This document shows, one piece after another, positions 58,484 through 64,000 of a stretch of 64,000 nt of DNA (the stretch's first letter is position 1; each line of letters opens with the position of its first letter). The notes beneath the pieces are model-generated. The model had not been told where the DNA came from. It did no database searches and was given only the letters and a program-made list of their open reading frames with translations. Position numbers and translations under genes: made by a program. This DNA is from an uncultured bacterium (GTDB lineage Bacteria > Zhuqueibacterota > QNDG01 > CAYUAG01): positions 549 through 64,548 of the forward strand of contig CAZKMO010000002.1 in assembly GCA_964554015.1 (NCBI GenBank). Direction: 5' to 3'.

Positions 58484-59366
58484 GTTTGTTATTCACTATT
58501 TTTGCAATCGTATTGGTAACGGTTACAATAACAAACAAGGTAAGGGCGACAAAAATCAAAGCCGATTGCTGAAGGGGAATGGACATCATTTCACCAAAAC
58601 TGCTGACTATTAAACTTGGCAAGGTTTGTCCGGCCTCTAAAATCGAACCCGGTATTTGATTCTTGTTTCCAATTATCATGGCAACCGCCATGGTTTCTCC
58701 GAATGCTCTCCCAAACCCAAGCAGAACAGCCGAAATTATTCCCGGTCCCGCTGCCCGGAAAAGTACTTTTTTTACTGTTTGCCACTTGGTTGCCCCCAGT
58801 GATAAAGATACTTCTCTCAATTCAACCGGAACTGCCTGCAGGGACTCAATGGAAAGTGAAATGATTATGGGAAAAACCATTATGGCAAGAGTAAGGCTGG
58901 CTGTAAACATATTCATGCCCGTGGTTTCCATATGAAAAAATCTTTCGGCTACCCTGGAAACAAAAGGAGCAAGATAAAGAAGGGCGCATAAGCCAAAAAC
59001 AACTGAAGGTACGCCGGCAAGGACATCGATAAATGAAGATAAAATTTTCTTACCCTTTTTAGGAGTATATTCAGCAATAAGAATTGCGGTAAGAAGAGAA
59101 ACAGGTATGGCTATAGCCAGGGAAATCATAGTTACTGCCAGGGTACCAATAACCGCCGGGAAAAAACCAAAATGGTAGATTTCAGGATCCCATTGTGACG
59201 AAAACAATAACTCTGTTACCGAGTTTTTAGACAGTATGAAGGACGACTTAAGGAGCAACATCATGGTTATGAGGATAAAAACCAGTACCACCAGGAGGGT
59301 GTAAAACAGCATCACCCTGCTAGTGATTTTATCCTTTAAAATTCTCATTTGTAATCTTTTCGACAT
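58461..59366 (-). CDS. pstC: phosphate ABC transporter permease PstC
   Basis: ABC permease fold in pstS-C-A-B order. Confidence 0.85.
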   Translation of the reverse strand: MSKRLQMRILKDKITSRVMLFYTLLVVLVFILITMMLLLKSSFILSKNSVTELLFSSQWDPEIYHFGFFPAVIGTLAVTMISLAIAIPVSLLTAILIAEYTPKKGKKILSSFIDVLAGVPSVVFGLCALLYLAPFVSRVAERFFHMETTGMNMFTASLTLAIMVFPIIISLSIESLQAVPVELREVSLSLGATKWQTVKKVLFRAAGPGIISAVLLGFGRAFGETMAVAMIIGNKNQIPGSILEAGQTLPSLIVSSFGEMMSIPLQQSALIFVALTLFVIVTVTNTIAKIVNNKLANKWRY

Positions 59367-59370
59367 ATTT

Positions 59371-60324
59371 CTATTCCCGGCAGCCGATTTTTAGATAATG
59401 CAATTCCCGGTTAAGATCTTCTTGGGGAAGCTGTACGTAGCCATTCTCAGTAACTAACGTCTGACCTTCGGTAAGCACCCACTGCATAAATTTTTTTGAC
59501 TGTCCTTGGAAGGGACCTTTTGAGATCACATATTCCAAGCGTGAAGGCGGAGACGGATAAATACCTTCTGAAACCTTAGTGACTAAATCATTTCTTTTAT
59601 TATAAAAATCTTCATATACATCGAGTTTGTTATTATTATCCAAATCAAGAGGGACCGGCCTAATATGTTCAGCAAAATTTTCATTCTCAATATCATAGGC
59701 ATAATTCATATTGTTGAATCCGATAGAATTTATATTCGATTTAACGCCACTGCACATGGCCTGATCTCCATTGTAATTGGCATCTGCTTTTTCCTGTAGA
59801 TCAGATTGGGTATAATTACCCAGGAAACTGGCCCAGACCTTGGCTGCTCCGGAAGCATCCGATCTTCCCAATACAATAATTTTATCATTATCCACCTTTT
59901 TACCCACCAACTCGCCCCAGTGAGTTATTTTCTTTAAAAAAACAGCTTCCAGATCAGCTGGTGTAAGTCCCTGTTCCCTAATTTCTTTCAGTACCGGATT
60001 TTCCGCATTTATGGTAGCAATAACCGCATCCTTGGCTACGGAAAGATAAAAAACACCCTGCTGGAGTTCTTCCTCTCTCACTGGTCTGGAACACATGGCA
60101 ATATCCACCTGACCGTTTATAACATCGGACATTCCTTTTCCGGCGCCTCCTCCAGAGACTTCTAAGATGACCTCATGATTTTTCTGATATTCGGCTGCCC
60201 AGACATTCATCAGGGGAAACAGGGCCCAGGCACCGGATATTCGAATGGTATTATATGTTTTATTCTGGCAGGCAGTAACAATCAAGAAAATTATAAATAC
60301 AACAATCAATACTTTTTTTATCAT
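59371..60324 (-). CDS. pstS: phosphate-binding protein PstS (lipoprotein)
   Basis: VTAC lipobox; SGAWALFPLMNVWAAEY and GGGAGKG motifs of PstS/PhoT-family binding proteins. Confidence 0.8.
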   Translation of the reverse strand: MIKKVLIVVFIIFLIVTACQNKTYNTIRISGAWALFPLMNVWAAEYQKNHEVILEVSGGGAGKGMSDVINGQVDIAMCSRPVREEELQQGVFYLSVAKDAVIATINAENPVLKEIREQGLTPADLEAVFLKKITHWGELVGKKVDNDKIIVLGRSDASGAAKVWASFLGNYTQSDLQEKADANYNGDQAMCSGVKSNINSIGFNNMNYAYDIENENFAEHIRPVPLDLDNNNKLDVYEDFYNKRNDLVTKVSEGIYPSPPSRLEYVISKGPFQGQSKKFMQWVLTEGQTLVTENGYVQLPQEDLNRELHYLKIGCRE

Positions 60325-60356
60325 GACATTTTTCTCCTTAATAAATAATATGTGGA

Positions 60357-61004
60357 TTAATTTATATTATATTTAAATTCCAATTTTAATATATTAATAC
60401 CTAACCAGCTATTATTTTGCATGTTGCTTTCAAGAATGTAGGAGGTAATTGCCCCAAATTTCTGCCCCAGGGGAAACTCAACTCCTGCATATATTCTATT
60501 TTTATTTATTCTATCGACCTGAAAATCATAAAAAAATTCCTCAGCAAAATAGGGACCTATATGCAGAAGAGTTATTATTGGCAGTTTGCAACTGGTTTTG
60601 TTTCTATATCTGAATGAGTTTTCATCATTTCTAACTCTATATTCAATTCTACATCTGTTACTCAGCTTACATTTATTTAGGGTATGCATTAGGGTAAGAT
60701 TTACCTGGGGACGGTATTCCTGGTTCCAATCCTTGTCCTGTCTAGTAAAAATATGTCGATAACTAACATTGACGCTGATCCACTTTTTAATTTTCCAGTC
60801 CAAACCTGTTTCGATATGAGTATAGTACTTGTCCAAATAATCCTTGCATCTGAACTCCGGTGCCACTGAAATTACCACGTTATCTTTTAAATCCAGACTT
60901 GCTTTATAATGATACCAGCATTGCCAGTCCGAATCTGCAAACAAGAATGAGAGAGGAACACTAATTGTGACTATCATTAAGCTGATTAAGACGGATTTCT
61001 TCAT
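60357..61004 (-). CDS. predicted outer-membrane beta-barrel protein (DUF2490-like), first gene of the pst operon
   Basis: Signal peptide from the internal ATG at 61004; alternating-hydrophobicity strands; terminal aromatic residue. Confidence 0.4.
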   Translation of the reverse strand: MKKSVLISLMIVTISVPLSFLFADSDWQCWYHYKASLDLKDNVVISVAPEFRCKDYLDKYYTHIETGLDWKIKKWISVNVSYRHIFTRQDKDWNQEYRPQVNLTLMHTLNKCKLSNRCRIEYRVRNDENSFRYRNKTSCKLPIITLLHIGPYFAEEFFYDFQVDRINKNRIYAGVEFPLGQKFGAITSYILESNMQNNSWLGINILKLEFKYNIN

Positions 61005-61228
61005 ATGTAATTTCTCCCTATAGAATCTATGAATGTAAACTCTTCCTTGTTTCCAAGTCATTTATTATCTATATAACAAGTACTGTACCAATGTATTAAG
61101 TAGGAACTAACATCCTGTTTTTATTGATTCGAATATTTTTTATTTGCATTTTATTAAAATTATCCGTAATATTTGATAGCATAGTGCAGTAAATTTAACG
61201 GGTAACCATAAAATATGATAGGAGAATA

Positions 61229-62794
61229 ATGGAAAAATTCAATCAAATTCTTTTAGATGTCTGGCAAGCAGCCTGCCGAAATATTGAATTAACAGAATCA
61301 TTACCCATAATTGCCCGGATGTTGATTCAGCATATGCCCCTTGCCCAAATTTTAATTCGCCGGGTTGATACTGCCCACGTTTATCTGGATACTGTAGCCA
61401 CAGGATTAGGTGAAGAGGTAGCAAAATACTTTACTTCTCAGGAATGCAGTATGTCCCAGATAAAAAAAGTAAAATCCTGGTATGAAAAAAATCTTATTGC
61501 AGATCGGGATCAATGTACTAAGGATAATATGTTGTTTCTTCTCCCCTATGATGAAGGAGATAATTTTCTGATTGGGCCTCTGGGAAAAGAGGATAATTTT
61601 ATACCTTTTCTTTTAGTAATTGCTCAACAACATAAAAACTTTGAACCTCGTCATCTTGAAATGATGAAAATTTTATTAGAACCCTTTACCATTGCCTTTG
61701 AAAATGATAGCCAACTCAAAGAAATCATGAAGCTGCGGGAAGCTGCCGAAGCTGATAAAAAAACCCTACTCACCAAACTCAGTCGAAAAAAAATCGGCGA
61801 TACCATAATCGGAAATCAAAGAGGATTGAAAACTGTAATGGAGAGAGTAGCACTCGTAGCTAAATCCGATGTCCCTGTCCTTATATTTGGAGAGACCGGT
61901 ACGGGAAAGGAACTGATATCCCGTTCCATCCACCATAAATCAGACCGCTCTGACGGGCCCTTTATTCGGGTTAATTGTGGGGCTATACCCTCGGAATTGA
62001 TAGATTCCCATCTTTTCGGACATGAACGAGGTGCTTTTACCGGAGCTATAGAAACGCGAAAAGGGTGGTTTGAACGAGCTAACGGAGGGACCTTATTTCT
62101 GGATGAAGTTGGTGAACTACCCCTGGAGGCACAGGTCCGATTTTTAAGAATTCTTCAGGATGGAAGGCTGGAGCGGGTAGGTGGAAAGCATCCCCTAAAA
62201 ATAGATGTTCGGATAGTACTGGCTACCAACAGTGATCTGGTGAATCTGGTATCCCAGGGCAAATTTCGAGAGGATTTATGGTATCGTATTTCAACCTTTC
62301 CCATATTTTTACCCCCGCTCCGGGAAAGACTGGAGGATTTAAAGGATCTGGCCGAACATTTTGCCAGGCGATCAGCAATCCGATTCGGGCTGCCGGTAGT
62401 AATACCAACAGAAAATGATATTAATATACTGGCTTCCTATTCCTGGCCGGGAAATATCCGGGAATTGGGTGCAGTTATTGACCGGGCAGCCTTGTTAGGT
62501 AATGGACTTCATTTTGAGTTAGCCAAAGCTCTGGGATGGCAAAATTCCTTTGATAAACAGAAGGGACAAAGCTATATCCAAGATAATTATACCATTGGGG
62601 ATCCATCGAAAATAGATACATTGGATGAAGCCATTAAAAATCATATCAAAAAAGCTCTGCTGCAAACCCAGGGAAAAATAGAGGGAAAAAATGGAGCTGC
62701 CCAATTACTTAAGATAAATCCTCATACCCTGAGAGCACGGATGCGGAAACTGGGCATTAATTGGTCCGAATACAGAAGTAAGGATGAAGAATAA
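61229..62794 (+). CDS. sigma-54-dependent transcriptional activator (GAF-like N-domain, AAA+ domain, Fis-type HTH)
   Basis: GETGTGKE Walker A, GAFTGA sigma-54 contact motif, and C-terminal GAAQLLKINPHTLRARMRKLGI HTH. Confidence 0.85.
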   Translation: MEKFNQILLDVWQAACRNIELTESLPIIARMLIQHMPLAQILIRRVDTAHVYLDTVATGLGEEVAKYFTSQECSMSQIKKVKSWYEKNLIADRDQCTKDNMLFLLPYDEGDNFLIGPLGKEDNFIPFLLVIAQQHKNFEPRHLEMMKILLEPFTIAFENDSQLKEIMKLREAAEADKKTLLTKLSRKKIGDTIIGNQRGLKTVMERVALVAKSDVPVLIFGETGTGKELISRSIHHKSDRSDGPFIRVNCGAIPSELIDSHLFGHERGAFTGAIETRKGWFERANGGTLFLDEVGELPLEAQVRFLRILQDGRLERVGGKHPLKIDVRIVLATNSDLVNLVSQGKFREDLWYRISTFPIFLPPLRERLEDLKDLAEHFARRSAIRFGLPVVIPTENDINILASYSWPGNIRELGAVIDRAALLGNGLHFELAKALGWQNSFDKQKGQSYIQDNYTIGDPSKIDTLDEAIKNHIKKALLQTQGKIEGKNGAAQLLKINPHTLRARMRKLGINWSEYRSKDEE

Positions 62795-63000
62795 AGATAA
62801 AAGAAAAAAGATAAAAGCATGTCCTGAGCTAGTCGAAGGGATAAAGTAATTGGTTATAAGGTATAGGGTATAAGTTTATTGGGTAATTAGGTAATTGGGA
62901 AATATGGAGAAGGGAAAAGGGAATTGAGAATTTTGAATTAAGAATTATTAAAAGAGATAATGAAATCTATATCAGAGTTGATAAGAATAATTCAAAATTC
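62795..63000. repeat. partial, divergent member of the modular repeat family (shares ggtatagggtataag and, as reverse complement, the aattcttaattc/ccttctcc modules of the 4470/8650 repeats)
   Basis: Module-level matches read directly in the sequence. Confidence 0.6.
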
Positions 63001-63073
63001 ACAATTTAATATTAAAAATTGAGATTTAGTCAAAAACGAAAAAAATATAAAGAATTCCTTAAATAATTTTCCC

Positions 63074-63592
63074 CTACTCCACTATCTCAAAATCATAGGT
63101 ATAGACTGCCTCCGCATTCTTGAGCTTATCGTGCATGACTGCTTTAAAGGTGTATTTCCCAGTTGGCAGATTCCCCAGGCTTAGTGAATTGGTGGCATAG
63201 TAGTCCAGAACCGGTGCTGTGGTTTGATAATTAAAATTTAACATTTCGGGCCCGTTATATATTTCCTTGCCCTTTGCATCCAGAACAATCATATCCTGAG
63301 TATACCAGACATGATACCCGCTGTTGCTGCGGTTGGTAAAAAGATTCTGCGGTTCATAATAAAAATAAATCTCGGTTCCTGCTTTTACTTTATTGGTGTT
63401 GGCTGCTACATATTGACCATATCCAATAATATTGGTACAGAGAAAAAAATTTTTAAAGCCCAGCTTGCCCTCATTCTGCAGATCAATAATCTTTTCTTTT
63501 AACTGGGCAACTTTGCTTTCCTGAGCATTTATAGAGGTAAATCCTGCGATCAGAATACAAACAATAATTATTATACCTATAATACGTTTCAT
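63074..63592 (-). CDS. secreted hypothetical protein
   Basis: ORF with signal peptide (MKRIIGIIIIVCILIAGFTSINAQ). Confidence 0.4.
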   Translation of the reverse strand: MKRIIGIIIIVCILIAGFTSINAQESKVAQLKEKIIDLQNEGKLGFKNFFLCTNIIGYGQYVAANTNKVKAGTEIYFYYEPQNLFTNRSNSGYHVWYTQDMIVLDAKGKEIYNGPEMLNFNYQTTAPVLDYYATNSLSLGNLPTGKYTFKAVMHDKLKNAEAVYTYDFEIVE

Positions 63593-63652
63593 CGAATCCT
63601 CCATTTTTTTATTGTTTTACATTTTCTCTTCTTTTGCATAATTGATTATCAT

Positions 63653-63820
63653 CCTCGCACCAAGAGACAGAGTCACTAAGAATAAAATAATATTAATTTT
63701 TTATGGTTTCTTTGTGTCTTAGTGTCTCTGTATGAGATTTAATTTAATTTCATACTCTTTCAATCTTAATTCTCAATTCAAAATTCGGAATTAATAACCT
63801 TATACCCTATACCTTATAAC
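63653..63820. repeat. ~170-bp repeat, right copy of the inverted-repeat pair (partner 44911-45078); internal 13-bp IR cagagtcactaag...cttagtgtctctg
   Basis: Manual alignment of the reverse complement. Confidence 0.9.
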
Positions 63821-63951
63821 TTTTTTATATAAGTAGATAATATCTCACTATTTTCTTATTCATAAAAAGATAAAAAATTATAATTAATAAAGCAATTGGC
63901 ATTCTTTATTATTTTTCTTACATTACCTTACATAACTTTAAAGGAGAAACC

Positions 63952-64000
63952 ATGCTGAAAACTGCCCAAAAAGCAGCAAGAATCGGGGGAGAAATTCTTA
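63952..64000 (+). CDS. 5' end of a gene, possibly inositol-monophosphatase family (MLKTAQKAARIGGEIL...)
   Basis: AGGAGA SD then ATG; N-terminal pattern resembles SuhB/IMPase. Only 16 codons are in the window. Confidence 0.3.
   Translation, partial: MLKTAQKAARIGGEIL

Noticed and set aside
58591-58935. Three ORFs antisense or overlapping within pstC.
   Set aside because: Inside a polytopic ABC permease gene in a canonical pstSCAB array.
44911-63820. Whether the inverted-repeat-bounded 18.6-kb segment is a composite transposon or integrative element.
   Set aside because: No transposase, integrase, recombinase or tRNA attachment site is recognisable inside or at the borders. The cargo is chromosomal-type (pst, sigma-54 EBP). 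It is kept as a finding only as a possible invertible or recombination-prone region.
1-64000. Scan for tRNA, rRNA and other known RNA genes.
   Set aside because: No tRNA-like T-arm/acceptor patterns (GGTTCGAATCC-type) occur outside coding sequence, and nothing resembles rRNA. Absence is by eye only.

Overview
This 64-kb window comes from a bacterium with moderately AT-rich coding sequence and very AT-rich, repeat-laden intergenic DNA. Several proteins carry T9SS-type C-terminal sorting domains, so it is probably an FCB-group-like organism. I can support about 50 protein genes. I found no rRNA, tRNA or CRISPR array. Everything below is inferred from motifs read in the six-frame translations; no database searches were run.

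The left third (about 1-17.5 kb, all minus strand) is a tight sulfur and glycoconjugate locus. It contains thioredoxin, a UDP-sulfoquinovose synthase (SqdB/SQD1 family) with an unusual Cys-rich N-terminal extension, and an alkaline-phosphatase-superfamily phosphodiesterase. It also contains WecB, a DASS/SLC13 permease, a fused ATP-sulfurylase/APS-kinase, a second membrane-anchored APS kinase, and CysQ. Further upstream are a UpxY (NusG-like) antiterminator, an SMR-like flippase, a DPPRS-type UbiA prenyltransferase, a Wzc tyrosine autokinase and LolA.

The middle holds housekeeping and miscellaneous genes: ftsK, ComB, gcvT-like, a radical SAM protein, a GNAT fusion, a TPR lipoprotein, an HTH-EIIA(Ntr) fusion with a CBS-antiporter, PhoU with a Na/Pi symporter, MscS, and a YdbH/AsmA-like protein.

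The right third has a four-gene operon of secreted proteins (32.6-39.7 kb). It encodes a GWxTD-like protein followed by an S41 peptidase, a LanC-like lanthionine-synthetase-fold protein and a transglutaminase-like protein. The last three each end in a T9SS sorting domain. Beyond it are a YdbL-like lipoprotein co-transcribed with a 2720-aa TolB-propeller/TPR/CHAT-protease giant, a second T9SS transglutaminase-like protein, pstSCAB with an outer-membrane barrel, and a sigma-54 activator.

A modular dispersed repeat family is prominent. Two ~350-bp direct repeats, with an 86-bp 100%-identical core containing a perfect hairpin, bracket wecB-DASS and two small genes. A pair of ~170-bp inverted repeats (~93% identical) brackets an 18.6-kb segment (45.08-63.65 kb). 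Several long-stem, AT-loop hairpins sit between genes.
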